Assembly: GCA_965235115.1 (NCBI GenBank)
Contig: OZ249436.1
Span: 34,536,001 to 34,600,000 of the forward strand
Reading direction: 5' to 3'
Origin: Laetmonice hystrix
Taxonomy: Eukaryota
DNA length: 64,000 nt
The translations under genes were made by a program, and so were the position numbers. The notes beneath the pieces are model-generated. The model was not told the origin of the DNA and searched no databases. It saw only the letters and a list, made by a program, of their open reading frames with translations. Shown here in pieces: positions 28,989 to 43,450 of the stretch; position 1 is the first letter of the stretch, and every line of letters starts with the position of its first letter.

Positions 28989-31167
28989 TGATCTCCTTTC
29001 ATAGTATATGCCTAAGCATATCTTCAATAGTTCAGTTGAATACATACGGCAAATTCGCACATGGCATCATCATAATTTTCATAACCATTATTTTCGTCCG
29101 AATAAGAAAACAATCAGTAGGATAATGACACCCACATCTGCCGATCCAACCGGCAAGTGCACCTGATTATCACTTAATAAGCAGTCCTAATCAATTAAAG
29201 ATACATTTTCAGACAAAATCAGAGAATGGATACGGCATGCACCAAGAGCCCTATTATATGTCGACCCAGTATTTTTGGAAGTATCTCTTTGGGTCAGCGT
29301 GGTGAATATAATGATAGTCACACCACAATGTATATTATAGTCCACCTATACGGTAAAAGCTTACGACCATGAGCCACCACTGATGATGGGTGCCGAGAGG
29401 CATGTCATGGTATCGCCCGTTATCATATATTAATTATATCGCGGCTCCTATTGTGACAGAATTACCACATAAATTGTGCCACCACAACGTGATACGTTAC
29501 ACGGTGTTGTGGCTTCGCGCCCGTCCCCCTGTATATCCCTGGCCCGTTTGAAGCGGCATGAAAGACGGCTTTAGCGACGGAAACACTGGCGCGGCCCCTA
29601 CACTGCGTGAGTGTGATCTAACCGTTTTACGGTTTAGGGCACGCCTAACTTACGGGAAAAAAAACACAACCCGTTACCGTCACAATCCCGGTGGCTGTTC
29701 TAGGTTGCCAGAATCAGGAGATTTTGACATTTCATGTAGAGAGTTAACACATATAATGAATCATTACATACGTGTACACTACTACAAGGATATTTATAAT
29801 TGTATACGTAATATTTCCATGGTGTATACATGTCTATACCTAAGTACACATATACTAGAGCATTATGACATACCGATATAATGAATTAGTAATCGGACTA
29901 TAATCGGTAATGACGTCTACGGACTACATTCTTTTCTATGTCGGATAGCCGTGATCATTGTTCAACCTAATAAAAACATCAAAATATAAAGACGACGTCC
30001 TATATAGCTTATAATTGTGCACATGCATACATGTGCGAACAGGTAATAATTATAATGTGAAAAAGAAACCAGCTATGACTTTCCTTGTCATTAAGATGAC
30101 TGAGAATGTAACGATTCTCGAAATGAGCATAAAGTTAATGTTCACGGCCTGTTCAAGACACGTGTTTAACCTATTGCTAACTTGACCACGGGCAGTGGCG
30201 TGTCTGGCTTTGGTAATCTAAACGTACAGTGCCTCAGGTGATATTCAAGGCGCTAGATGAACCCCAGGGCGCTTTGATTAAGGAAAGGCATCCAATGTAG
30301 GCCGGTTCAGCCCTTCAGGTGAATCTTCCATGGAGTAGAATGTGCTTTGTGTCAGGGATAGAACAGAATGATTGGACACGGTTATCTGGCAGGCTTCTCC
30401 ACATTAGTCCTGTGCTAACGAAAGCTATCCACTCAACTGGTACATCTTCACACTGCGAAAAATACTCCTTCCCATCGCCCCATAATTATCATAGTGGATA
30501 TCTCTTGTTTGACTTAGTTAATCTCTAGTTATATAAGCCGATCTCTGATCTACCTGTTATATACAGATGTGACGCATAGCGTATACCGTTAGCTAATATT
30601 TGATAAATTATTGGACACTATAAAACCCGGTCATAAAATTAACACATTATATAGAAGGTTGTCCATATAGAAGATGGAGACTGCATGCGGTGTGATGTAT
30701 ACGTGTATGTCGGTGACCGTAGCCGACTCGCCTGTACATGATGTCAGTGCTGTTGGTGCCGGTGGTCGGGCTCTCTCATGGAATACTTTTAGTGGAAGCC
30801 ACCTAGATGACCCATGCCTGTGTCATCTCCTGTCGAGCTATATACCAGCGACCAGCTGATACAACCGCTACCGGCCGGCGACACGGGCACTGGCCGAGCC
30901 GGTGTACCTAAGTATACACCAGGAGGGGAGGGGAAGTATTCACTCAATGAAAATTAACGTATTTTTTTTACTTTTCACAGTGGAATCAGTTCATCCAAAT
31001 GTTGTGGGGATATTACTGAAGTATTACCTGCTTCTGGACGTTGTCATGGTCAACGGTCGTTATCTGGGTTTCCGTGAAAAGAAGGGGAATGAAAGAAAAG
31101 ATGAAGGGTAATTTTTAAGTGGTTGATCGTGAAATCTTTATCATTCTCCTTTTCATATTCTTATTTA

Positions 31168-31170
<3 letters not shown>

Positions 31171-31227
<57 letters not shown>
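31171..31227. repeat. (CT)n microsatellite
   Basis: Directly visible. Confidence 0.95.
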
Positions 31228-31230
<3 letters not shown>

Positions 31231-34200
31231 AAATAATATGTAAATGTATAGTACATATACATGTAAATATAAACATGGATACGTATACACAATCCTGTAT
31301 ATGTGCAATATACCTACACATACCGATATGGATATATCTAATATACAGCAAGTACAACGTACATGTTAATACAAAGAATCCATGTTCATGCGTGTAGTCA
31401 TGCCATGCACAATCTGCGAGTCCTGGATTTCATTTGACCTAGAGTTCGAGCAAAACCCGGGTTCTATAGAAATTGCTGAAGTCTTCCGCCTTGGAGGCCC
31501 GACCCTTTGTGGCATCCAACTGAGGTTGCGTAATGTAATTCAAGCGGGCAATGTCTCTGATGTCTGCTACTGGATCGTGCCTGAAGACAAGCAAAGAAAT
31601 GACACGTAAGACTTTTCATAACTCGTCCGGAACATATGATAGGCGCGTGTCATCCTTTCTCCGGAAAGCTCCTCAGAAGCATTGTTCTTAAGTAGAAGAG
31701 AGACGAGAACCGCACCATTCACAATGGTTGAACGGCACATTGACGAAATTGTACTGTTCCCTTCATAATAACAGCGCCGTGATTTTTCTTTGATGCCTTT
31801 CTTTTTGGACACATTGGAATCCTTATGAAATTTTAAAGTGGGATGGATGGGTAGTTTCACACTCTAAGCCTTTGATCCATAGCTCGATTTCAATGCGGTT
31901 CCAGCGACATCGACATGGCCGATTTTATGCGTGGAATGTCATTGACAAGTCGCTACCTGTATCTGTCTTTCTTTGTCCCATTGTCTATGGTCATAATTTC
32001 TTATTGAGGGGGAAATAAAACGTTCACTTCGTCGTAAGACTCGCCGTTGTCACTCGAGACAGCTGGTTCCCGAGTTAGAAAAGGCTGAAACCCGCCGATT
32101 TCACAACCGTCTGCCGGACTTTACCAGTCTTGCTAAAGAATATGATTTCCTTTCTGATAAAAAAAAGAGAGAGAGAATCCAGCAGGAACGTGACCAATGC
32201 CTCACAAGAACACTTGGCATGTGATAAACAAACAAAATAAGGATATGGAATTGACGACCAAAAGAAGGCAGACAGTTGCACATTTGAAAAAAGGAAAATG
32301 TATTCTTTATGAAGGTGCAACACCCAGTCTCCAACGCATGTAGATAGTGTCGCTTGCCGAGGTGAACATGAAATACAAGCTCCCGGTGGAGCAGTGCTGC
32401 CGTGGGGTGGTCAAAGCGCCAAGTAGTGACGCAATCAAAGCAGCCCACAAAATGGCAAAATGGTGCTGCAATAAAATGACATGCGTGTTGAAAAGATTTC
32501 TTTTTCAACGCACTGTATACGTGTGGCCACATGTTAAACGAGCAGAGCATGTAATATGACCTACTTTATTTTGTTCTGAAGCGCTTTCATTCAGACTGCA
32601 CCTGTTCTTACAGTCAACATGTTATAAGGCTAACATAAAAGAACAGTGTGTCCTTATACCAGGAGGCAAAGCTAGGGATTATGATATCAGCACCGAGTAA
32701 AGTAAATAAAACAAAGGTTCAAAAGGTAAAGTCGAAAATCCCCTCATGATCATCCCGTTTTATATGGTTTTATATTATATGGCATACCGCGGGTACCAAT
32801 GATCACAACTATTACACGAAACATGATATCACCCCGTTTACTGACCCATAATTACTGTATAGCTTATCACTGAAAACTGAATTGTCCCAAATTGTCAGTT
32901 AAATCATGGGTACAGCATCTTCGAGGTACTTCCATTTATTTCAGTAATTAATTAATGACAGTTTAGAGTATACATATTGAACGTCTCTGTATACATTACA
33001 GGACTGTAAGTATATAGCAGAAGGGTTTAGAACGCTGCTGGGTGCAGCTTGAGGCGCAACTATTATTTTAAAAGGGCAAAATGAAAGAGCGGCAAACCAT
33101 TTGGAAATATGTGCACCATATACACCTGGTTAAAAATGGATTTCCCCACTCAGATTTATATATTTTGTACAACTGAAGTTTAGTTAAAAGTCAATGTCAG
33201 TCCCCCCCCCCTCCTTAAGCTTTCCATACAATAAAGCCATTGACTTAAATATCCCAAGTGTTTTCAGTGGCGGTGAATAGGGTGCAGAGATGGATAGCTG
33301 GGTCAAGGAAAAGATCGGCCAAGGCCACTATGCCTCACACTCTTTCCCTCATATCCTTGTCCAAGTGCATTGATTTCCTTTGATGTGGAGAGTTTGGATG
33401 CAATGAATGGAGTGTTTAAGACGCTCGTGTGCGAGCGAGTAAATATACAGGTTGAGCGGGTCAGTGCAAATGTCTTTGACATTCAGTCGCCCTACGGCTC
33501 GCCGTGTCCAAGCCTATAAATGAAGGTTATGCAAAATTCGATCTTTCTCTCATTCGGTTCGGAGTTTGCAGTTACCAGCTGCCTTAAGTCCATTACCTTT
33601 GACTAATGGCATCGTGTTTATGTGGACTTGAGAGCAGAAGGAGCCCTCGGGAACCTTGGGGTGGCACTGCGATTTGCTTATATTGAAATATTCGAGTTAA
33701 TTTTCCGTGTGGCCCCTTTGGCATGCTGTGGTCTACCTTTTAAAAAGCTGCTTCCACTACAATGTGTGAGGCCGGGTAACCCCTCCTGGTTACGCACAAA
33801 GAAGGTAGCAATTTTCTCAGCGTCTTTTTCCGAACTACCCGGGCGGCTGACAATACATTGGACGTCCATGTGAGATGGGACGGCCCAATGTACGCCCTAC
33901 AGGTCAGTTGTCTTCATGACACCGCGCTGGCCGGCAAGGTTCGGGGTCCGAGCCCGGGCCTCGGCACACAGGCCGGGCGGCTGGTGGCGAGGCCAGCGCT
34001 TGGCCTCGGGAACCGTTAGTGGCAACGGTGGCTCACCCTGGATTCCAAAGGCGGAACTAAAATGCGCAGTCTCTATCTCCGGAGTGTAAAAGCGCTCCAG
34101 CCTGGGCCGAATTACAATCTGACGGGGCTAATTACACCCACTTTGCATTAATTAGAAAGAGCCAAATAAATGCGTCTGACAGCTATAAGATCGCATGGCG

Positions 34201-37200
34201 TTAAACATATCCGGCGTTTTTAATTTTTTTTGGTGAATGAAGAAAGAAATCAATATGATTTCAGTAGCATACAATATGGCAACGACCAAATCGCCTGGGA
34301 CAGTGTGATTATAACAGAGTTCACCTGGCCATCTATATTCTGTTCATCGATTCCAATACTTGGGAATAAGAATTGTACAGCCATCTTTAGGCTATACATC
34401 ATGAAGGCCTCACCCCATATGAAAATGAAGTCTGGGTTAAACTGATATGTAAATTTCATTGCCAGGTACACAATCTACACCTATAGTATCTCCCCTTAAT
34501 ACAAGCGGCTCAAAATAATATCTAGTTTGATCGGAATCTGTTAAAGACACGTTTAAAAAACTTGTACACTACAATAATGAGTGAAGTGCATCATGAGCTG
34601 ATTGCAAGACTTGTGAAAGTTCTGTATTATTTAAGCGTTGACATCCAGGTTATACCGGGAGAAAGCATGGCCTAACCCAACCCCAAACTACAGTTAGCCG
34701 AATCTCAGGTTACTTACGGCTGGCCACAGAATGAAGTCTGTCCATAGCCCAGGGTTTAACACTCCCGACAGAGACTGCCTCAACCCCGCCACCTCGGCCT
34801 TCATCTAGCGGTGCCATGACTCATGTGACACCCATGTTTTATTCTGCACCCTCACTTTAAACCAACCTAATTTTTTCACATGTTAAAAATTCACCATAGC
34901 ACAGACCCTCCACCCCGTCTCCTCTGACGGTTTTTCTCGCTGAGAGACTAATGTGAGGCACACTGGCAGCGATGATTTGTGTCAGCGAGGAGGGGGATGC
35001 ATGCATGAAATATTCACCATTGACACTGCAGCCGTGCGGTGGCAAGCAACTGTCTCGCAGAGGCCAAGCGTGCCTTTAGTTTGCAATCATATATTCTCTT
35101 TGTAGAAGGCGGGCGTTTTGTGTGAAGCAAAGGTGGGGGTGCCGTGAGGGTATAGGGGCGAGGGTGAGGTGGAGTACCCCCTCCGTCTGTCGCCCTCACC
35201 CTGAGGTCCAGGCCAGGGCCCCTCTCCGCCTCCTCGTGCCAGAACCCGCGGGCGGGATGGCAGGGTATCCAGGATCACAGATCCGCTATTCAAGTCAATT
35301 CCTATACAACACCACAAGAATCCACCCCGACCCTTGCCAGGAAACATTTGTGTCAGATGGGAACCAATTTTTACGTTACGTGACCCTAGAACTACCCGGG
35401 TCTCCCTCATACAGGCATGCCAGCCTCTAGGGGCGACATTGCCTTCTTTTTGCTCTTTGTAACCTTATTTTCTGGCAATTCTTTCGGGGGGACTCGTGTC
35501 TTCACCTTTGTCGAGGAGCCGACTTGTATTTGCGTGACCTTTACGCACTCTGTGCATTGTGCGGAAACTCACACCGCCAGCACGAAACTTTGCTTTACGC
35601 TGGGGCACACATTACATGCGTTACATGTAACGCTATTAAGTCATGTTGTCCGTGCGTATGATGCGAGACCTGGTTTCTGCAGCACCTGTTTTTCGACACA
35701 TACAACATGTATATCCCTAGTGTATGGACACGTATGTGTGTACTGGCAGGACTGGGTCGTCTAGAGACCGCCTTGGACAGATTCTTACATGAATACAGAA
35801 ATAAAATACAGGAATAAAATAAAACATTTCTCTGTAATGCTTTTATGCTTTTATTATTTGGCCTACACCGAAGCGGTTAAGAGTGTACATAAGACATAAA
35901 AAGTGAAATAGGTAAAACAATAAATAAATAAATAAACAGGTCTAAAAACATACAACTAGAGTACACAGTATCCCGTCTGACCTGTTTGACATGAACAGGG
36001 TAAGTACAGATCTGTGCGACTGAAACTTGTGTAAGACCTGGACGATATCGTACGATACAACACGAATAAAACATTGACACTGCTTTTGGACTCTTAACAA
36101 TTCTAAATTATTTATGAAATACAACCATTCATACATATATAGTAGAGTTTATTTCAAACAATCGTTCTCCCACACATTGGACTCTTAAGACTATTAGTAC
36201 TTTACTATCTCATCGTGCTCTGGTCAGCCGAGTCTTACTTAGAACCACCTACGTACGTACACGGCTGAGAATAGTTGTATTGGAAGGGCAGTGTCAAAAA
36301 GCAAGCCTTGGGTTGGGGCGGCCACAAGCATGCATTGAGAAGAGCCGAACTCAGGGCTGTAGCAGTGGCAGTATAGTGGCAGCAGACTTGGCTGCCACGG
36401 TGGAGGCAGGAAGGAGAGAGAGAGCCCACCGTCGTACTGAGGCCCCGATCCTATGGCCCAGGATCTGAGACCAGGCTGGCCAGTGGGAGCCGGGGGGAGG
36501 AGCTAACCTCAGCATTCATTTGGCACACGACAGGTCAAGCCGGAGCACTCCGAGGGAGCACCGCTCTACGTCCGCGCTTTGGGGGTCCGCGAGAGCCAGC
36601 GAGAGAAAATAGTGCGCTCCTAACATAATTAGATCGACCCTTCGTCAAAAATATGTACATTACGGCATGGCAAATGAGAGGCGGCCACCCTTGGTGGTCG
36701 AGGTGGCGACTAGCGGCGGTCGGCGCAGCCAATCAGGGCTTTCCTGGAAGCGGGCGCTCGGGTGATGCTGCGCTGGCCCACCGGTGGGGGGAGGTTGGAG
36801 GGGTGGAGGGTGGGGTAGGGTGGGGTGGGTGGGGGGTAGGAGGCTGGTGCCACTCCGGGAAACGACATGTGCATGCAAGATGGGGTCGTCACGTCAATAA
36901 CACGGCCGGCCTGGCCGACCCGTCTCCCTCCCTCCACAAGATACGTTCACACTTACAAAATGCACATCTTATTATGCATTCTGTAACCACCAGCCTGGTC
37001 TATTCGCCGACCAGCGTAAAGAAGGTGCTGGGTACAAGCTTCTATGGGTTGCTCTCCATCGTGTACCCTAAGAAATCAGTCATATCAGAGTGGACTGCAC
37101 GATTCATACAAATAAAATGTAAAATACACTATAATTATACGTTATGTCTTGCATTCCTTAATGTGTAGGGCCATCTAAGCAAAAAAGTTATTCCCCAGCA

Positions 37201-38831
37201 AATCAGAACACAAAAAAATAAGCAGAGATTTTACTTGAACTGATACCTGGCACATCTTCAATTAAAATTCATTCCTCACACTCTATACAATCAGACACAG
37301 AATTAAACAATCTATATGTTTGTTTTAAACATATACAGTCGTATAATCTGGAATGAATACCTCAAATCAGACTGATTAAAATACCGAAAATCGGGTATAA
37401 GTACTGTATTATTCACGATTCCTTCAGCTCTGCCTTGGGTGATTCGTCAGTTACGTGAATTATACTCGTATATACTACTTACATTTACAGTTTCAGTTAG
37501 CTCTACACATTACATGTACCAGAATCCATTCATGTTCTATATAGTAAAGTTGTATGCATGTATTGCATGGCGCTGTATAAAATGGTATAAAACAAGGATG
37601 ACCATGATCTAACTCCTTGAATTATACATTGTGTTGCTATTCAAACAACTTCTTTCTATCGCCCTTTATACGACGTAAGATTTATTCAGGGCAAGTTTGA
37701 TAACTCACTTTGAACGTGACCAGCCATTGAGGTGATAAAAGGTTTGCAATTTATGACCATGGAAATAATCATAGCCGTTACATTCTTCGTGTGATGGAGA
37801 TTCTTAAGCACGTTCGTTACGGAGAGTGTAATGGCACAGGTGTTGGCCGAGTTGACCCGCGGGTCCGACCCTCGGTTCAGGGGGGCCCGACCCCCGGGCC
37901 AAGCCATTAGCCCCGGGAGAGAGCCCCGACCGGCCCCGACCCCCGGCAGCCAGCGGGGCCGTGCCCCGGCTGACCCAGTCGGCCTCGGTGTCCACAATGC
38001 GAGTTCCTTTTATCCTTTATGTGCAGGTTAAGACTGTTGGCCGATCCGGGAGCGGGAAGGGCCGACTGAGATTGGATATCTCACACCTATAGCGGGTCAC
38101 GACCAAGGTCCCGGCCTGGGAGCACGGACTAGGGGTGACGACACAGTCAACCCAAATTAACTGGGGCAGATGGCACTGTCCCTTGGCCCTAACCTTACTA
38201 ACCCCATGAAGGAAAGTTGTTCTTGTTAATTTACACCATATCCTTTACCCCCCCCCCCTTCCCCACATAGAGATTAAAATAGGGGTTATCAGTCAGAAAA
38301 CGACATAAAAACCCACATTGAATAAATCCGCTAAAATGTTCAAACATTCAACGGTCAAATTATACACTCCCACGCTGACAGTGTCACCGGACACTGAAAC
38401 TACGCATGATACGGGTACATTCCTTTCTCCGGCCGCCCCTGACCCCACCCCGGCGCGACCCTCGGGGGTGGCCAGGGGACCAGTGGGGTTAGTTAGGCCG
38501 GGTTACGGGCGGGTTACGGGGTCTGACGCCGTGCCACTGACCAGGGGGACGCTATACCGGTTAACAAACGACTACCCTGTCTCACCCTTGCCCTTCTCCC
38601 AGACGCTGGGTCATCCAGGGTTAACACACTCACTGACCAAAGTGTTCGCGTCTCGGGAGACAGGCCGGGTCTTTGACGGCCAAGGTCCATTCTAATTAGC
38701 GCGTCCGTTATTGCCCCCTGTCCGCTGACCTATGTGTGGTCAGATTTGAAAATCCCACACAAAACATGTCCTGGATATAACAGTGATGTTTGAAGGCCAT
38801 TAAAATATTACCCGCCCCTTACCTACCCGCC

Positions 38832-39089
38832 CAAACCCCCACCCACACTTTCAAAACTGAAATATGTAGTAACAACCGTATTTTCAATAATAACCCCCAT
38901 CCCTAGCTCAGCAAACCCCCTCAGAAATCGTCATGGAATCCTTGAAGTTGAACGCCATCAAGATAATCCTCGCCACCCTTCGCCAACCCCCACCCTCACT
39001 CCCAAAACTAAAATATAAATGTGCACAGAATTTAACGTCGTATTTCCAAAAATAACACCAAGTAAAACCTCTCAGAAATCGTTATGAAA
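38832..39089. repeat. Old tandem duplication, ~150-bp period
   Basis: AACCCCCACCC...CAAAACT...CGTATTT...AATAAC...CTCAGAAATCGT occurs twice in the same order. Confidence 0.7.
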
Positions 39090-42000
39090 CATTACATTTA
39101 CAGACCAGGGTTTCTATTAATGAATGTAACGTCTTGTGTGGTCTATTGTTTTAAAAGACTGACTGGCTGGGGCACGCCCCAATTAATGACCCGAGCGTGG
39201 AAGCGGTGCCCCGACCATGAAGGAGCCGTTGTACTGGGCGTGGAGGTGGTATGGGATACGATGAATGATATGGCAGGACTCGGCCACAAACTCTGCTCAT
39301 TACAAAGATTGCATCGGTTGACTCGGACGAACCGATGACATGACCAGATATGGTGTCTTTGTGTATGATGGGCTGATGGAGTTTCAGTCCCACAGCGCTC
39401 TCAGACCCCAGGAAAAAAAATCCAATCACTTATAGGCATCTCTCATGATATCTGTTTAAAAGATATTCTGCTAAAATCTTACGTAAGATTTTCGAGTAGT
39501 ACATGTATGTATATATCTAGACTCACTTATAGGAATGCGCAAGTTTCCAAAGTGACATCTTTTCAGTGGGTAAACAGTGTCCTCGGTTGGTTGAGTGATT
39601 TCCTCCGTCCAAATACGTATACATCATTCAGATGAAGACATTTTATTTATCAATGAATTCTTACTGTAGTGTGGCATTCCAGAGTCAAAGTAATAACTTG
39701 GCAAGGTTTGGTTGAGTGTCACAGCTATGAGTTTGTCGGAACTGCAGCGCTCTTTGATGTAAACTCCAACCACCGACAAAATCATCAGTGTCGAGACTCG
39801 GGACTCGGTCTCTCGCCAGAGGTCCCCACAATCGTTGAGTTTTCTGATACGAGCCCAATCAGAACTGCTGATAATATTTACCAATATATTTGTTGGCCCC
39901 GAATTGACATTATACCATGCTCCTGCGAAGGCAGATCCTACGAAAATGCGTTGAACGCGCTATATTAGGGTCCTACTAATAAGGCATAATAATTAAGCCT
40001 GTTATAAAGCTAGGCCTATAGGCTACTTACCGTGAGAAGTATCAAGGACAGAACTTATCTCATGGATGTGCGTAACTAAGCCGTCCTTAAAATTGTCTGA
40101 GGCTCTGAGCTCCTGATAGGAATGGACTTTGAAGGTTTACGGTTTTGCTGTGGGACTGTGAAACTCACCACATGGAAATGTCACAAGGTTTCCCATGATG
40201 TCACTTATACATGTACTTATGTTGCATGCAATACGGCGCCTGCTACTGACTCTATCAGAAAAACAAACTGACCAAAATACGCGGGGAAACCTCCAAGTAT
40301 GTATGATTTTAAGCATTGTTTTAAGCATTGTTGCCCGTTTATGTTTCCAGGTTTTTTACTCTCTCTCTCTCTCTCTCTCTTAAATAGAATAACAATAGGA
40401 GTATCTTGTAGCTATTGTTCTAGATATCATCGTATGATGCATGATGAAAACGCATGGCAGGTGATTGAATCATGACGATAAACAATGCCAACTGTCTTGA
40501 ATTATCTCATCCAACATAACCAATGTCGACAAGACGGTCACCGACGGCATGTGTGGGTTACCCACGTCTTACCATTGTGTTTTCATATAGAAAACGCTTC
40601 CACAGTCTGGCTTTGATGCATGAGGATGACCGCCAGAATAGCAATCGATATGGACGGGCGGTTTTCATTCATAATACCACCAACCATCCGGCATAACAGT
40701 AACCGGTCCACACAGACCGTAACGTGATCTTCCTTCCGCCTCGTTAATGTTCTTCTCACCAGGTGGCACTAGCGTATGTGCCCAGGTTGGAGACGCACGG
40801 TCGTCCGCCTGGTTTGTACAGTAAACCACTCAGTGCTGAACATGAAAGTGGGGAATAACGTCATCTTTTATGTTTGTTCATCACAAACAATTTTTTTTCT
40901 TCCTTTTTAGAGTAGTTGCATCTGGAGCCTGTTACTATGTGGAGTCTCCCGCTGTTCTATTCATGAAACTCTCAAGGCCTGCATTCCACCGTATAAACTC
41001 GCTCTGATTGAATCTAGAAATTGAAATCCACAAGATTTCTGCTGGTTACCACTGACTGAGATATAGGCCTATAACGTTTCCTATGTATAGGCCTATATAA
41101 TGCCCAATTCGTCACTTTATCCAAGGACTACTAAATGTTAGCCTACTGAATTAATATAGGACTACAACTAAAAATCAACGTCTTTAAATTAGAGATCTAA
41201 TCCTGCATTTACCTTCTTTTGTGTATTTCTCAATTCTCAGGTCTAGACAACTTCTATTCTGTTCCCTTACACCAAATGTAGCTATGAAGACACCCTCTTA
41301 ATAGAGATCCATATTAAGCCAAATAAAGTTTAGGAAACCCATCAGAAATGACATCTCCGTATTGGCCTAGAATCTATAGGCCTCGCCTACTTCACGGTGA
41401 CTGCATGTTTGGACTCGGAACAAGCAAAGAACTTTATTTGACGTGGCGCTTATAGGCCTATTAGAAGGCCCTCTTTCGATTGAACGTTTGGACAAAATAG
41501 GAACTTAATCCCTTATTTCTCTAACTAAAACGCTGGGCGCCACATAGGGTATCTATGCAGAATCTTCGGGCATACATAAGCAGTTGAAAATAGCTAGGCC
41601 TACGTCTGGTTCGTTGTTCTATAAATTGAGGCGGACAGGAGGACAGAGCTTACATCAGACGCCAGTCCCGAATCGGACCATGGGGACTCCTATAACTGTG
41701 GACGCCGCTTTCCCTCAAAAACCAATGATGGACGATACCGTGTCTAAAGCTGCCCCATTACAGCGCTGACATTACGCAAGACGTAAAGTTAACTCCCGAC
41801 GCTGCCGCCACGCGGCCTGACGACAGCGCCATCTAGGAGGAAGGTTATCAGGCTGTATTTCACCACCGTCTTTCTCCCAGTCTCCGGGCAGGGGCCACTG
41901 CGACTGCAGCCCGGCTCCCCCAAGGGTACATTAATGGCCGACAAACAAGCCTCGATCCTGACCATCTCCTTGCAATGTATGGCCCCTGTAGAGCACGCCT

Positions 42001-43450
42001 GGCACTGGATCAGGTGTAGGGGGCTGGGGTGTAGGATGGCGGGTGGTCCCCAAGGGGGCCCAAGATCCAAGCGTCATCAAACACAGCAGAGAGACAGCGG
42101 CCGACCGTAGCCTCGGTGTCACAGGATCGATGGAATTAACAAGTTTGTAATCGACACCTCAGAAGATGGAGACCACTAGGCGGTGGGAATCCTCCTGGGT
42201 CGCCGCTAGAGGGGGTGGGGGGGGGGGCACGGGGGTAGGGAGGAGGGTAGATGCGGGCTGTATGCCGGTGGAGGGAGCTATAGGGGTCCTGTCTGCAGCA
42301 TCTAGAGGTGAATCATTTGTTAGTTCCCCTACTCGCCCAGCCACCCCTTATATCAGTCCCCGGGCCGGCGTATTAAGTTAATTACATTGATTAATTGCGG
42401 CGTCCCCATTCCACCAGCCGTAGTTATCGCTTGTGAAGCAGCACGCCACGGCTTTAATACGTCTCGGCGGGACCCACTGTCACCGATAGCGACTCGCTGT
42501 CAGCATCACGTGACTGCCTGACCCGCCACCGTGGCGGCCCCTGGTGGTGATCACATGAAATATTCACCGCCGCTCTCTGATCCTACGAGGTGAAATGTGA
42601 TCTGGTTCCAAAGACACACCTTGCCCGATGCCACCCCACCCCCAGCCGAGGCGACTGGCTGCCGACGCTGGCACACATATTCATAAGACTCTAATCTCTT
42701 AATCCGTTTCTGGCGGCGATAATTGATGAGCAATTTGCAGAAATTTCATTTCGATTGGGTCTGCTTTGGCACCACGGTGTCTTTGGTCTCGGCCGGGCCG
42801 GCCGCCCAGGCCGCGCCAGCTGCCATATCAAGCACTCGGTCAAGTTGAGAGTGCATATTAATATGCAGCTGATTGCGTGCTCATGGCAAGGACACCAATT
42901 GCAAATGTTGACCTGGAGGACCCGTTGCTGGGAGTTCTTGATAAAAGATTCCCTGATGTGATTTGGGTTTGGAGTGTAGCTTGGCCTCTCCGTTCTCATG
43001 CAGCCAACTCGGAATGGGCACGTAATTCGTAGAGGTTATTATGGCTCTCATTTCCGACTTTACAAAGTCAATTCAGAATAATGTAAATGGACAGACCCGA
43101 GGTGGGCCTATTGCCTTTCAACGGCCTGAAATCCATCATTAATTGTCGAGTATAACATGCACACACATCAGGAATCATTTAAATATCCGCAATTCCTATA
43201 TACCCCAACCACCATGTAGGGCTAGAGGCCGACCACAAGAGACTGAGGACTGACATCATAACCTGGCCTTACGGTGGAATCTTCTCATGAACCGTCAAGG
43301 CATTCTCCTACATCTGTTTATAGGTGTTTATTCCAAGTGCATCTTACCCCGCTATATAAGAGCCTTTGTTGCATATAGGCCTACGTCCCTTTAGAATACG
43401 CGAATACCGGAACCAAAGAATAGCGTAATATATTATTTCTATAGCATCCG

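Noticed and set aside
36355..36410. TGGCAGT-containing hairpin resembling a miR-34-type seed
   Set aside because: Only about 8 bp of stem (GTGGCAGC/GCTGCCAC), and the rest does not match miR-34. I recognised no conserved miRNA, tRNA or snRNA by eye, though an Rfam/miRBase search is needed to exclude them.
2043..37168. Longer unannotated ORFs (2043..2489, 6940..7374, 10457..10930, 32101..32550, 36653..37168)
   Set aside because: No domain, transposase or RT motifs recognised; compositions look like translated non-coding DNA.
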